NCBI RefSeq assembly: GCF_963506605.1
Contig: NC_083277.1
Span: forward strand, 54,064,001-54,128,000
Direction: 5' to 3'
DNA: 64,000 nt
DNA from: Zootoca vivipara
Taxonomy: Eukaryota
Below the pieces are notes generated by a model. That model did not search any database. It saw only the letters and a list, made by a program, of their open reading frames with translations, and was not told the origin of the DNA. The position numbers and the translations under genes were made by a program. This document shows, one piece after another, positions 1-13,345 of this stretch. Within the stretch, counting starts at the first letter, position 1. Each line of letters opens with the position of its first letter.

Positions 1-7
1 TAGAATA

Positions 8-250
8 CAGTGATACCTCTACTTACGAATAACTCTACTTACGAATTTTTCTACTTACAAATGGAGCTCCATCCGCCATCTTGGATGTGGTTTAGATAGG
101 ATTTTTTCTACTTACGAATTTTTAGATAGGGTTGCTTCGACTTACGAATTTTTTCTCCCAATGCATTTCTATGGGATTCGACTTACAATTTTTTTCGACT
201 TACAAATGTGCGTTCGGAACGCATTAAATTCGTAAGTAGAGGTACCACTG
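8..250. mobile_element. Tc1/mariner (pogo/Tigger-like) MITE
   Basis: TIRs CAGTGATACCTCTACTTACGAA ... TTCGTAAGTAGAGGTACCACTG, TA on both sides (6-7, 251-252), internal ACTTACGAA repeats. Confidence 0.85.
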
Positions 251-795
251 TAATTGATTTATTTGTCTTTAGAAAGGAGGAGACAATGCCATTCTGCCCA
301 TGTGTAATGGCACGCTTTTCTAAATAAGTGCTGTGCAATTCCTATTGTGATGAAAACAGCAAGGTTAAAAACTATAGCCCTACCAAGTCAAAATCACCAG
401 CCACCACTGCGCAGGTGCCACACCTATAATTTAAGTTATTGTTTGTATTGTTGTGGGTTTTTTTTGGTTTTTTTGATGCTTTTGACGTTTTGTTGTGCTA
501 ATTTGTTATGCTTTCATGTTATAAAAATTTCAATAATATATATATATATATATACACACAGGTTTAAAAAAAACCCTCCCCAGGTGCTGCTATTCCCATG
601 GAAATTGGTGGGAACTGCATTTAAGGAAAAAAAATTAATCCCCTGACATGTCTGCAAGCCCTATAATTAACATAATGTGTGGTTAAAGGCCTTAGGCACA
701 ACATTAAAGGAGAACAGCTAAGTTAGATGATTCAGTAAGGATAAATGTTTTCCACTTCCATTATTTCCAACTGTATGTCTTGTGTGTCCGAACAG

Positions 796-919
796 AGGAT
801 GTCTCAGCTGACAGCATGGAATCCAAGGAGACCAGCTGCATCATGAAGCAGACCCAATACTATTTTAGCACAGTTGACTACACCTACAACACCATCATTG
901 ACTGTGGGAATTGCTCCAG
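796..919 (+). CDS. CACNA2D2: Voltage-gated Ca channel alpha2delta-2, 4th-last coding exon
   Basis: cag|AG...AG|gtcagt; encodes [42 protein letters not shown], matching the alpha2delta-2 delta region ([11 protein letters not shown]...IIDCGNCSR). Confidence 0.93.
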
Positions 920-2217
920 GTCAGTGGGAGATGTCCCTGCTATAACGATTCATAGTAGCTGGTCAAAACTGTTGGTCCCTAGAAGGTGGTAATCCCTTCT
1001 GGCGCGGGTCTCTTTCAAAGTAGAGTCAAAAATGATCGCCAGAATTAGTAGTATAGAAACTAGTGAAGGGCAGTGAATGGTATTTGGCTAAGATACAAGA
1101 GATCCTGGTGGAGTTTCTGAGGTGGATTGCTTTCCAGTAACAGGCAATATTGATGTGAATTGGGGGCATAGCTGCCAAGTTACCCCTTTTTTAAAGGGAT
1201 TTTCCCTTATGCTGAATAGGCTTCCTCGCGAGAAAAGGGAAAACTTGGCAGCTATGATGGGGGGGGTATTTACACTACAGTACAGTTTGAGATCATTTTT
1301 GTACAGTTTTAACTATCACGGCGCTTTAAAAAAAATGAGATCCTAGGAGCTGAAGTTTGGTGAAGGTGGACAGATACCTAGCTGCCCTGCTCAAAGAATT
1401 CCAGTTATCTGGTTGCCCTAGGCAGACAGAATGAATACTAAGCCAATTAGAATATTAAACCAAACAATACATTATGTTAAATGAATTATTTTAAAAGCAA
1501 AAGTAGATGCCACAGGAGGCTTGGGGGCAATCAGGATCAGGACCATGACAGGCCAAGGTGAGGAGTTTTTACCCTTATATACACACAAACCAACATTCTG
1601 ATGAAAACCACCCTATTCTAAAACTGTTGCTTACACTGTGAGGGAAGCTCCGGCTGACAGCAACTGGAAATAGGAGCTGGAGTTGGGGGGTGTTCATCAG
1701 GACTGCAGTGGGGAGGAAAATCCTTTCCCTACTGTCTAGGTCTCTCCCCTGTCCTGTGGTGACTAATTGTTTAAATAAAATAAGCAGTCACATTAGGTGT
1801 GAGAACACATTTAAAATAAGCTATATTTTGGACCTAAATGCATATGATGGACAATGCCTAGATAAATAAAGAAGCAAGCATAATCATGACCAAAAGTAAA
1901 TTGTGTATTCCTATATTATCAGTCATGTTTCCTTTCCAAATACACAAGAGTGGGGCCTGATCCTTCTTCCACTGCCACTTGCATGCGTTTAGAAAGGTAA
2001 AAAGTGGCCAATTGCACACACATACAGCTCTTATCTGATGCAGTTTGCATATATTTTGTATTTGAGCATGTGTAGTTTTGCCATAAGGCCAAATGTAACT
2101 TTAACCTTTATTTTATGAGCTGAATTGTAATAATCTGCAGTAAACAGAAATAGTACTAAATCAGCATGATAGCAGCACTTCCTCCTTTCCCCACACCCTT
2201 TTCTTTTTCTTCCCTAG

Positions 2218-2327
2218 GCTATTCCATGCACAAAGGCTTGCTCGCACCAACCTTCTGTTTGTTGTAGCAGAAAAGCCAATATGCAGCCAGTGTGAGTCCA
2301 CCAAGCTTCTCCAAGCGGAGATAAAGG
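2218..2327 (+). CDS. CACNA2D2: alpha2delta-2, 3rd-last coding exon
   Basis: Polypyrimidine tract + tag acceptor; [36 protein letters not shown]; donor GTATCCTTT (U12-type). Confidence 0.93.
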
Positions 2328-4656
2328 GTATCCTTTGCTTCTCAGCTCTGCTGCATGATGCGGTATCAGGTTCAACATAATGGGCCCAACTACACTGGAA
2401 CCCTTCCCTCCCCTTCTCCCCCCCTGCCTCGGCATTGCAGTGTTGTTTTTGTTGAGAGTGGAATTGCTGCTGTTTCTACATGCCAATGAATATTGGACTG
2501 TATTCATTGCGCAATTCCATGTGTGGGAAGTGCATGAAAAGTGGGTGGTGCTTTTCAGGTCACATGGGCTGTTCCAGGGCACACCTCCACCTCCCTCACA
2601 TTATCAGTTGGCATGCACATATGAAAATAATTACCTGTGCTAAGTCTTAATGCAAGCGGGGGGGGGTGTGTGAAGTCCCTTTGGGTGATAGGTAGTTGAT
2701 ATTTCTTTTCCCCTGAATTGAGATACCTACACACCTTTGTACATGCACGTTTTGCTTCATAACCTTCCTTCCAGGAGAGCTAGAAACTTCTTTTTAAAAC
2801 GTGTGGCCCCTTTATAGGCATGGTTCCTGGTGCAATCTGTTTATCAAACTGGCTGAGCTCTAGCTGATCAGGACAGGGCAAGGTGGAGTAAAAAAACACT
2901 CTGATGTAAAAATTTAAAGCTTTATTAATCAGAATATAGCAGTAAGTGCTCTTAACCCCACAATATGCTCCAATTATGAATCAAGGCACCTAACATGCAT
3001 TCATACTTACAAATGCACAACCTGAGTGGCTGGTTCAAGTGTAATGTGTTGATGAGAGACCAGTGCCTCTGGGTGTCCACATGCCTGCCTTAAGAGTCTG
3101 CTGTGGATCTCCGACTTGCTTTAGTTTTGGGGTGTTCTTATACCTCAAAGGTCACCACACATTTTCACTAGACTAGACTGTCACAACATGGACAGAGAGA
3201 CCATAAAACCATAAACCATGTTGCCCATGGCAGAACCAAAAGAAAAGTTATACTTCCTTCTTATCTGGCAAATAAGCCCTTGGCTCTCTCCAGGCTGGCT
3301 GATATTACACTGCACAGTGTTATATATTGCCTGTTAGCGAGGCCCAGACTTGCTTTGGCTGCTGTTATGTTTCCCTGATCACCGAGATGGCGATTACTCA
3401 CTCCCACAGCACTCTCTTCCTTCCCTGTAACAGGAAATCACTTTCACACATTCACACTCTAGATTCCATTGGATTTATGGCTTAATTATACTCAAATAGC
3501 AGAAAGACCAGAAAAAGTCACAATAGCATTAGGCCTTACAAGCCAGGTTAGTTACATTAGAAACATTATTTAGCAAATAATATCTGAGTGTCACAGCAAT
3601 TGCTCCATTTGCATCGCTATAATCTGGCCATGCTTCCACCCAAAAAGCACAACCACAAAATATTTGCAGAGCTATAGTGCAAGAAACAGGAAAACCATTG
3701 CAAAACATTGGGGGGGGGTGGACTGAAGAGGCACCAATCATGGAAAAACTGGTGGTTCATGACTGCATTGTGTAGATTTACAAGTAAACAAAACATTACA
3801 GTAATGGGAGAAACCAGAAGTGTGGATGTGGCCAATATCTGTCATGAAACTTTTCACAGAGAGGGCAACGGCTTATTCATATCCACTGCTTTTTGTTACA
3901 TGTCTATAAATGCTTCATCAGAAAGATACCATGTGATAACTCTCATGTTCAAATTAAATTCACATGAACAGAATCCCACGAGGATCCCTACCCACTGGTA
4001 GGCATAGAAGGAAAATATGCAACCATGTGTACAGTACATTGAAGAGCCTGCTGGATAAGGCCAAAGGCACATTTTGACCAGCATCCTGTTCTCAGTAGCT
4101 AACCAGATGCCTTTGGGAACCCCACTCATGTTTCCCAGCAATTGATTTTCAGAGGCAGACCAGATCTGATACCAGAGACCATATGCAGCCATAATAATTG
4201 ATAGCTATTGATATTATCCATCAATTTGTCTAGTCTCCTTTTAAAGCCATCCAAATTGATGACCGTCACTACATCTTGTAGTAGCAAATTCAATTGTTTA
4301 ACTATGAGCTGTGTGAAGAAATACTTTATTTTGTCTGTCCTGAATTCTCCAACATTCTGCTTTGTTTGATAGCCCCAGGTTCTAGTATTATGCAAGAGAG
4401 AACTTCCAATTATTTACTTTGATGTTGGGCCACCAGACATCATTGGTCAACCCCCACCAGGCCCAAGGGGAAGGGGGAAGCTCAGGACCTGGCCACCCCT
4501 GTGAAAAGTCCTTGGTCTGATCCATCAGGGCAGTTCTTATGGTTGCTAGTCTCTCAATAATCAAGGGCTCCTTTCTTTGACACCACTCCTCCCCTCTTCC
4601 ATATCACTACAAGTGTATTTATTGCCTTGTGCTATATTTTCTTTGACATTGCAAAG
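2328..4656 (+). other. CACNA2D2: U12-type (minor spliceosome) GT-AG intron
   Basis: 5' splice site GTATCCTTT; branch-site-like TTTTCTTTGAC (4637-4647) about 10 nt before AAAG acceptor, with no polypyrimidine tract in between. Confidence 0.8.
4040..4395 (-). mobile_element. CR1 LINE 3' fragment
   Basis: Minus ORF 4126..4395 contains YFFTQLIVKQLNLLLQDVVTVINLDGFKRRLDKLM, a degenerate CR1 ORF2 C-terminus, followed by CR1-type 3' UTR. Confidence 0.75.
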
Positions 4657-4745
4657 CTCCACCGGGAGATCCCAATCAGTGTGAACTAGTAGACAAGCCA
4701 CGGTATCGAAAAGGTCCCCACATCTGTTTTGACTACAATGCAACG
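4657..4745 (+). CDS. CACNA2D2: alpha2delta-2, penultimate coding exon
   Basis: (A)[29 protein letters not shown]|gtaagt. Confidence 0.92.
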
Positions 4746-4924
4746 GTAAGTAGGAGGAAAGACTACCTTGTGGATGCAAGGAGTGCATGGATATATCTGA
4801 AGTGGCTTTGCTCCGCTAGGAGAGTAGCCTGGGATTTGAGAAACCCAATGCTGAAGCTGTGGGCTAGAGCTTTCCTTGTCGAACCATTCTACTGATATGA
4901 AGGGCCATATCAGCGCTGTATGTA

Positions 4925-5123
4925 GGGGAGGGCTGTAGCTCAGTGGGAGAGCACCTATGGTATTTACATGCAGAAGGTCTGAGGTTCTATACCTGGCATC
5001 TCCAAGTAGAGCTGGAGGAAATTCCTTTTTAAAATCCTAGAGAGCTACAGCCAGTTATTGTAGGCAATGCTGAGTCAGATGGACCAATGGTCTGACTTTG
5101 TATAAGGCAACTTCCTATGTCCC
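4925..5123 (+). mobile_element. tRNA-derived squamate SINE with CR1-type tail (Squam3-like)
   Basis: Head GGGGAGGGCTGTAGCTCAGTGG (A box), degenerate B box, tail GGACCAATGGTCTGACT...AAGGCAACTTCCTATGT. Confidence 0.65.
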
Positions 5124-6012
5124 TAAGGGATTCAGTCAGAGTACTGCTCGCAATAGGAAGCTTGAGTGCCAGGCCACTAGTCCATCTACTCATGCCCTAG
5201 CCTGCTGATTCAAATGGCATATTTACGGTAACGTTCCTCGCAAAATTTGTCTCAGTGTAGCAAGATGCACTGCAAAGGGTGGAGATCAGGAACAAGCAGG
5301 GGCTCCAACTCCTGGGGGGCTGAGCCCAAAATATTGGGGGCACCTGCCCCCAATGTCCAAAAAAACGGGGCAGAGGAGGCCAAGCATGGAGCTAAGCATG
5401 GCATGGCTTCAGTGACCAGCTCCTTCTCCTCTCTTCACTTGCCACAGAGGGGAAGGAGGGCTGAAGCAGCCCCTCACCCGAGGAGCCACCAGCCATTGAA
5501 GCTACACTGCTGCTGTGTTTAGCTGTACTCCCCAGCTCCTCCCGACAGCCTGATGTTGTGTGTGCGATGATGGGACATTGTGCATGTGTGATGTGACACA
5601 CGCAGGGTTGCCCTCCAAATCACCTTCACAAGATGGCGCCTCTGGGAGGATGAGTATCTCTTTAATAAGGCACTCCTTTTCTAATGGCAAAACCACTCTA
5701 TTTGGAAGGTGGCACTGTTTTTTGCCAACTATTCCTTAGAGCTGATCTAGAAGTCCTTCTAATCTCACTGGGCTTGATCTTCAAAAAAAGAGATAATTTT
5801 CCTTTCCCATGCTTATAGGAACTATGAGAATATATACAGAGTAATGGACCTAGGATGGGAGAATGAAGGGTCTACTGAATCATAAAGACTATTGTGGTTC
5901 ATGTTGAACAGCTTTCAAAAATCACATTGAAAAACATGCAGAGAAATAACTTATCCGTGCCTATATATGGAATGACCAAAATTATCTGTCCTTTTTGTTG
6001 TTGTTTCCATAG

Positions 6013-6141
6013 GAAGATACCTCAGACTGTGGAAGAGGGGCCTCCTTTAGACCTTCTTTGAGTATCTTGTTATCTCTGCAGCTCCTCCTTCTCTATTTGA
6101 CTGCCAGTCGCCATCCGCTGCCCTTGGTGTCTTGCCTTTGA
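6013..6141 (+). CDS. CACNA2D2: alpha2delta-2, last coding exon (GPI-anchor signal)
   Basis: tag|GAA; [45 protein letters not shown] 6139-6141; CGRGAS omega region followed by hydrophobic tail. Confidence 0.93.
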   Translation, partial: EDTSDCGRGASFRPSLSILLSLQLLLLYLTASRHPLPLVSCL

Positions 6142-9100
6142 AACATCCATTTAGTCTAGCCCATTCATTTTTGCTTTGTGCACCATCTCCATTCCCTCCA
6201 GACTTGCCAGAAGAGGGCAGCTGCCTAGTCCCATCAACTCTGGTTACACCTTGGCACTCACTCATGAGGACCTTCTCTTTCGTCATTCAGAAGTCCAGAA
6301 GCTATTCTCATTGTTTGTTTCTTGTTTCCTGTCATCTTCTCCTTGCCCTTCCAGTGTCTCTGCACAGCAGGTTGTGCAAACAGAGCTCTGAGCAAGACTT
6401 TGGGAAGCACCAACCATTGCGACTTTCTCCACACAGTGAACATCCTTGAGCTTTGATTCATTGCTCCCCTTTCCACCCATTGAGCTGTGGCCAAATAACA
6501 AAGAACAGAGGCCTCGTAAGTTTTTCCCCCCATTGAATCCATGGAATTCTGGGAAGACCTTTGCCAGTTTTCATCAGGATATGTCTTGACATTTTATTGT
6601 CTTAAAAGTATTTAATCAACAATGCTGACAAATTGCTATTCTGTTTGAAACAATTTACGTTCCCATCCCAATCATGCAAACAGCAGCAACAACAAAATTA
6701 TTCAATAGAACAGGAAAAAATGGTATATTCTTGCCAAATTGGTTCTGTAGTCTAGTTAACTTTTCAGCCAATTTAAATGGCTTATTAAACTCAAAAGTAA
6801 TCCTAGGATGTCACCACGGCATCTCCATCCCACCCAGCCCGCTCTGTGTTTTCCAAGGCCATCGCTGCTGAATCTCTCATTAGTTAGATCCCATCTCAAA
6901 TCAATTTTTAAATTATTATTTTTAGCCTGAGGATTTTAATCTAGACCTTTTTACATCTAATTTCCAAGCATTTTATCCTGACAAATTATAGTGTTTGTTG
7001 TCAGCAACAAAGACACAGAAGAGAAAAAAAGAAATTGACTTGAATTTTATGGTCAGTATTATTTATTTAAACTAACTCGCACCATACTGAGAGGACTTGG
7101 AGAACAAGCAGGGGAGAAGGAAGTGTGTAAAGATCCTTAGGCATACTAGTAACCCATGCATGGTTGGAGGGCACAGTGGCTCTCGCTGTCTTTAGCAAAA
7201 TGAATAGAAAGACAGAGTATTTCTAGTGGGCAAGAAACATAGCCAAAACCCAGCAGTCCCTGGCTTAATTTTTCCCTTGCCAAGCCTGTTCCCTGCGGAG
7301 CCCAGAAATGTTTAAGTCCATCAAGAAAACAAGATGATCTCTTCTGCTTCCCCAAATCACTGTGAAGACTTCATTTTGGGATTTTTGCAGCGTTCTACCC
7401 TTGAGGTGGACAAAGGGTGGAGTTGGCCAAGACAAAGGTGACCTTCTTCCCAGTCCCTTTTCTTCTAAAGGAAATTGTACACCATGATTGGCAGCAACAA
7501 TGTGTGCCAAACCAAGGTGATAGCTAAAGGTTTTCTTCCTGGACTTTGTGCAGAAACCTGACTGCACCTTTAGAGTGCCCTCCATCCATCCAGTATTGGA
7601 ATCACAGTGGTGGCCAATGGGCCACAAGTAGGGCTCTAAAAGCAGATGTTTTGCAGACAGCTAATTGTCTCCAGTGTCCATGCGGAGAAAGGTGAAAGAA
7701 CTCTGCATCGTAGTGAAGGTCATGATGACACCTGCCATTTACCTCAAACTCACAGAACACTTCAGATGACTTTGCAGGTACATATTTCATGGCTGGGAGG
7801 ATTATTACTGAGAACAGCCACATATACTGTTGGAAGTTTGAAAACAAGAGTAAAACTTGAGTTCATCACCCAGTCGCCGCAAAAGCTGCTTGCTGTTTGA
7901 GGGCAGGCTATCTGATTTTGTGCCTGTTATTTCTGCACATACAGTGATACACATACCTTGCCACTTAATGAAAACAGCAAGGCTTTTTCAGTCCCCAGAG
8001 AACTCAAAGATTTCTTTCTCTTCAGCCAAATATCCCCCCCCCCCATGCATTGCTTCTGTACTCAGAGTAGCCAGCAAAGTGGGAAGGATCCTGTCTTGTT
8101 TCTGCTGTGTGTGATGTCAGAGCCACAATCACATCTGGGCAATGTGAAGAGCAGCAGCACTATGCAACAGTGTAATGCAACCCCATCAGTAGGAAGTGGT
8201 TAAGTGCGCTGTCAATAACTCTGATGGTGTTTCCTTGCAGCACAATGTGATGTGATAGGAGGATGAAATGTCGTGCATATCTTGGTGCACCTCATTTTGA
8301 CTTCACATGTTCATTTTCTCAGCCAAAATTCTTTCCAGTGAATCCAAATCCTGGCATAAAACCTATTGTGAGTAATTACAATGTTGTGAATTCCATTTGC
8401 CTTCTTAGAAGGAACTCTAGAAAGCAAATAACGGTGCTTGAACCTGTAAGTTTCTAGGCAAAGCAAGCTTGCTCAACAATGTGTGTGAATGGGAACTTTC
8501 TGTAACCCTGGTTTGGTGCTTCAGTTCTAAGCCAAAATTTTAGGGAATGTCTCTTGGAAAGAATGTGGCATGCCAAACTCCTATGCTGGTTACATCACAA
8601 TTTATTGTGCAGATTCTGGTGGCCCCACTGTCAAGGTGTTTCATTGCAAGGCAAATGGCAGGAACCCCCTTAAAACCTGATTCGTCTTGGGAGGTTTTGA
8701 TTCACCCAAACAGTCCCAAAGAACATGCTGCAATACACTACAGGTGTATCTTCAGAGAACGCTGAAAATGGATTTTTGCGCTCCTGATCTGGTATGGTTT
8801 GAATGGGGGTAAAAAAACAGATCACTGCTGTCATGTGCAAAGTAGTAGTACAATGTAAATACATGAAAGAGGGAACTATTTGTTGTAGAAAAAAATCATT
8901 TGAGAGATCTGGAAGCAAACCTTTAGCACACACACTGAGGTGCAGTTGCTTTCTTTCTAGTGATCCTTGTTCTCGAGATCAGAAATAGTTTCTTAACCTT
9001 TCAAAAACTAGCTCTGTCCCAAATCCACTGTCTATATACCCCCTCCCCCGCTCTGCACCAAATGCCCTATATTCCAAATCACCAATACTGTCTGAAAGGA

Positions 9101-12100
9101 CCTTTTCCTCCAAGTCTCCCACTGTTCTTCCCCAAGCTGACTTATATACACAATGATACCACTGGTGCTAAGGTTAAGAGTTTTGCTTCATTGGCCTTGT
9201 GTAGATTTCTAGAGAAGCAAACTGGGAAGTTACAAATAGCTCCAACTCTACCAGACACACAGTAGAGAGAGACAGAACCATTACTCCTTGAGTAGACTTC
9301 CAGTAATAATCAAGTGTACTTGTTGTGGGTACAGTCCCAGTATCTTGCAAGTCTCTTCTGGGCAGAGACTGCCAAATTGTGCCAAATTGTGTGATTGTTT
9401 TTTGTGATGTGAGCAACTGTCTATAGTGTGCTTGGCTGAAATCCCCCAGGTTCATTCCCACTTTGGTCCGACTAAAAGCATAGTCTTTCCCGATGCCACT
9501 TTGTCTGTGACTCTGTTTGGCTAGTGCTCTGGAGCCACCATATGTTCCTAGGGTGTACTTCATTAGTAAGAGAGATTCAGGGATGGAGAAAGCTGGAGCA
9601 TAGATTGGGAAATGGCAGTGCCTGTCAGCTAAATGAGAGGTGGTTTCATAAAAAGGGCCTTGCTCCACTTTGGAGCGCTTTTGACCACAGACAGTATGGC
9701 TACCACTTCTCGGTTGGTTGCTATCTCACAGTCACTCAATACCTGGTTTACTATCCACTGGGATCAAATCAAGGTCTTTGTATTGTGTTTGAACTGTGAC
9801 TGATCCCCTTAGAGAGGTGTTTTTCAAACTTGTACATGGCTAACCTGCCTCATTACAAATTTTCTAGGCATATTCCACCGTTCATTTATATCAGCAGCAG
9901 TGCTGGGAAGGTTAGTGTTATGGCCAGAACAGCCTATAATGGAAATAAAGAAATAATAATAGCAACAGCTAAATGTTTTGCATCCATAATTCGTACAGCT
10001 ATAGCTTAAAATTGCCATCACTCCTCCCCTGGCGTGTACCTGTTTCCAGCCACTTTGCTGCAAAAAGGCATACATACCACTGATTTGATCACAAATTCAG
10101 TTCTCGGGCCTGCCCCTTCCCCACCTTCAGGTTGGATATCCACTTTTTAAAATATATATATTTTAAAGCATATGCATCTTTCTGCAGTTAACCCCCCCCC
10201 TTTTTTTAAAAAAATTTAACGTAGGAACTGTGTTTAAAAGGTTGACTTGATTTTGGAGCATCAGTGGTTCCAACCAACCAGGCTCTACACAGCTAGCTTT
10301 TGCTCCAACCATGTAGAGATAGTTTCCCTGAGCTCAAGCTGGGTAAGAAAACAGTACACCTGAACAAAGTACAGTAAGCAGGAAGGGGCAGATTTAGGGC
10401 AGTGTGGCACGCATCTCAGAAAGGTGCCTTCTCAAAGCGCTGTAAGCACTTGCCCAGCTTCAGGAAGGGCTCTGACAGGGTTCCAAGAGTCCTCCTGCCT
10501 CCATCCCAAAGCAGGCAAGTGCTTACCAGGCTTTGAGAAGGAGGTAGGAGGATTCCAGGACCCTGCCAGAGCCTCGTGCCTCCAGCCTTGCATAGGGACA
10601 GGGCGGCATATTACCAAGGTCCCTCCCTAAAGCAGGCTCACACAGGTGGTTCAGCACTCAAATCCTGTACATCTGTATGCACCCTAAGGTTGTTTTTTTT
10701 AAAAAGCTGCTCTACCTCTCACATTTGGTTACAACTGGTAGCAAAGTTGTGAGACAGAAAGATGTGTAGGTGCTGCTGGGGGGCGGGCAGGAACAACTGT
10801 GCTGGGTCAGAGCAAAGGACTGTATAGTCCAGCATCCTGTTTCTCAGTGGCCAATCAGATGCCTTTAGGAAACCCCCAAGCACATCAATTTAGTAGCACT
10901 CTTCTACTGATGTCCCCCGGCGACTGGTATTCCGAGTCATCTTGCATCTAATACTGGAGGTAATGCGGAGTTTCTCGAGAGCCACTCTAGCTGTGACGTG
11001 CGAGCAGTTGTTCAACATTGTCCCAATTCTATCGCATAGTCTCCTAGTGACATGCAGTGATTCTGATGACTGCTACCTAAACTTGTGGAACTCTTGCTTT
11101 CCTACTAGCTTAGATTTCAGTGAATCCTTGCTGATGATGGTGGCATTTGTTCAACTGAAACTATGGTGCGTTAAGCCTCCAGTCTACCTTATGGAGATTA
11201 GCTCTGCCTGTTTCTGCATTTCCATGCAGCACATCTGTCCTTGTTACAGCTTATAGACCTTCCCAGCACCTGGCTCTGGTCTCCCTGTCAGAGAGGAATG
11301 AAGACTGCAGAACAGAGAACACTGGAGATGGAAAGGAAGATGTCCAGTAGCCCAACACCAGACAGAGTACAGATTGCAACACAGCACATTTTCCACTTGG
11401 AGTACTTACCCTCATCACACCTGGGTACCAAGGCATTCAGCCTCTTGACTGACTGGTCAGGAAATCAGTACCAGATGTGGTGGAGATGCTGCACTGCTCC
11501 CACACCATTCATTTCTATTTGAGGAAGCCATGTTAGATGTCACTGGGTCAGAGCTAAGGCAAAAGGGAACTGGGGTGGAAGGACCCTCTTTCCTATCATA
11601 CAGTCGAACAGCACCCCTCCCTCATTTTTTCACAATGGTTATATGAATGAAACAAAGGCCTTGTTGCTCTAGGTTTCAAAGCCAAAGCAGGCAAGTATTT
11701 GGATGGTGAACTTTTCCTAAGATGAGAAAATGTTGCCCTATTTTCAATGCAAGTGGATGATTCCTTTTTATTTTTTAAGGTTGTTGTTTGTGCATGAGTT
11801 GATGGCATCCCAATATGTGCAAGTCTGAAGATGGGTAGAAGTTGTGCTGGTTTATTCCCCTGCCGCAGTAGTGATATTTGCCATTTTAAGAATGAGATCT
11901 CCTGGTGTTATGTATAAATGAGTGTACAAGACTGGTCTACGCAACAACCAGCTCTTTCCAAATAGCTGCTTAGAAATATAAATCAGGGCTGGGAAACCCA
12001 TTCCCAGCACAACTCAGATTATCTGTAGGGTGTCCTAGAGTCTCCCTAGGTCAGAACTATGCCCCCACCAGTCAGAATCACCCATGGGCTGCCCATAAGT

Positions 12101-13345
12101 CCATCTCCATTTCAGCTTTGTCTGCTGGCAGATGGGGAAGGTACAAAGACAAATAGATTGAGGGAAGCCAAGAGCATGATGGGGTTGCTTGCCTTTTATC
12201 TCTAACTTAGAAAAACGGATAACCTCGCAAATCATAGTAACCTATCTTATAATAGGAAAGGAATGGAAATAGCTTCCTAAGCTCTTAGAATGGAGAAATA
12301 GTTTCTGGGAGCATGAAATTAGAGAGCCTAAAGGAATTTTACCATGATGTACTATATCTGAAATCAGAAAGGAAAGACACAGAGGTTGCGTGTGTTATTA
12401 TGAACTTGGGTTGATCATCAAGGTGATTTTCTAAATCCTTGAAGGAGGATGAAGCTGTACAAGATGGGAGTCTATAGGGAGCAATAGACTTGCCCAGTAC
12501 AGGAAAGTCTGTAGAATGGAGAAGCCTGTAAAATCTTTTGAGATTGCTGGTCATTCCCAATAAGGCATCCTCCTAGCAGATCTCAAAGGGCTGAGCGAAT
12601 GCTAGTTCAGGCTCCCCTATGTCCCAGTCTGTTCTCACACGTGACTAGCAGTACTGGTGAGACATAGCAATGATTCAACCCACCTCACATGCTTTGTCCA
12701 TTTTAAAATCCATTTGAGCAAAACAATTTGTGGTAGGGTAAGTGGGTGGGAAAGGGAGGGGGGTCCATGAAAACCCTGAACATGGTCTTGGAAGTTTGAC
12801 TCCAGAGCCAAGCGGGCAGGGAGGAGATTCACTAATAATGACAAGGTTGATTAAAGGTCATTTTGCTTGTAGCTTTTTCAGTGTGTGTTTGGTTATGTCT
12901 ATGGGAACTGTGCTTTGACCAGATGGCTGGCTCTGTGTTACCAGGAGTGTGTGTAAATCTGTAGTCTAGTCGGGTGCTGCTCATTTGAGAAAAATGGAAA
13001 AAAAACAAATATACATAATTATAAATATATATATATTATATTATATTTTAAGTTAAAAAACAAAAGGGAAAAAAGCAAAACATGAAGTGGCTGTCCTTTC
13101 AGCTGCTGGGATCCAATTCCTAACATTCTTCATCTGGAAGTTTTGTTCCCCCTGCTAATTCAAAAAAGGTTGGTTTTTTTTAATTATTATTTGAATCTCT
13201 TTTTTGTTGTACAGAAGAGTTGGGAAATTTTAAAAAAGACTAAAATCTTTGTAAAATATTGTGTGCGTGATTCCTTGTAAAATATTTTCAAATTGTTTAT
13301 TACAGAGGATCAGTTATTAAATAATGTTCATATTTTCACTTCAAA
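6142..13345 (+). other. CACNA2D2: Putative long 3' UTR of CACNA2D2
   Basis: Stretch nearly free of young TEs, ending in an AU-rich block with ATTAAA at 13316-13321; end point inferred. Confidence 0.5.
13316..13321 (+). terminator. CACNA2D2: Candidate polyadenylation signal ATTAAA
   Basis: ...GATCAGTTATTAAATAATGTTCATATTTTCACTTCAAA followed by GT/T-rich sequence. Confidence 0.5.

Noticed and set aside
9174-9668. 164-aa minus-strand ORF
   Set aside because: Non-ATG start, no recognisable domain, antisense to the presumed CACNA2D2 3' UTR.
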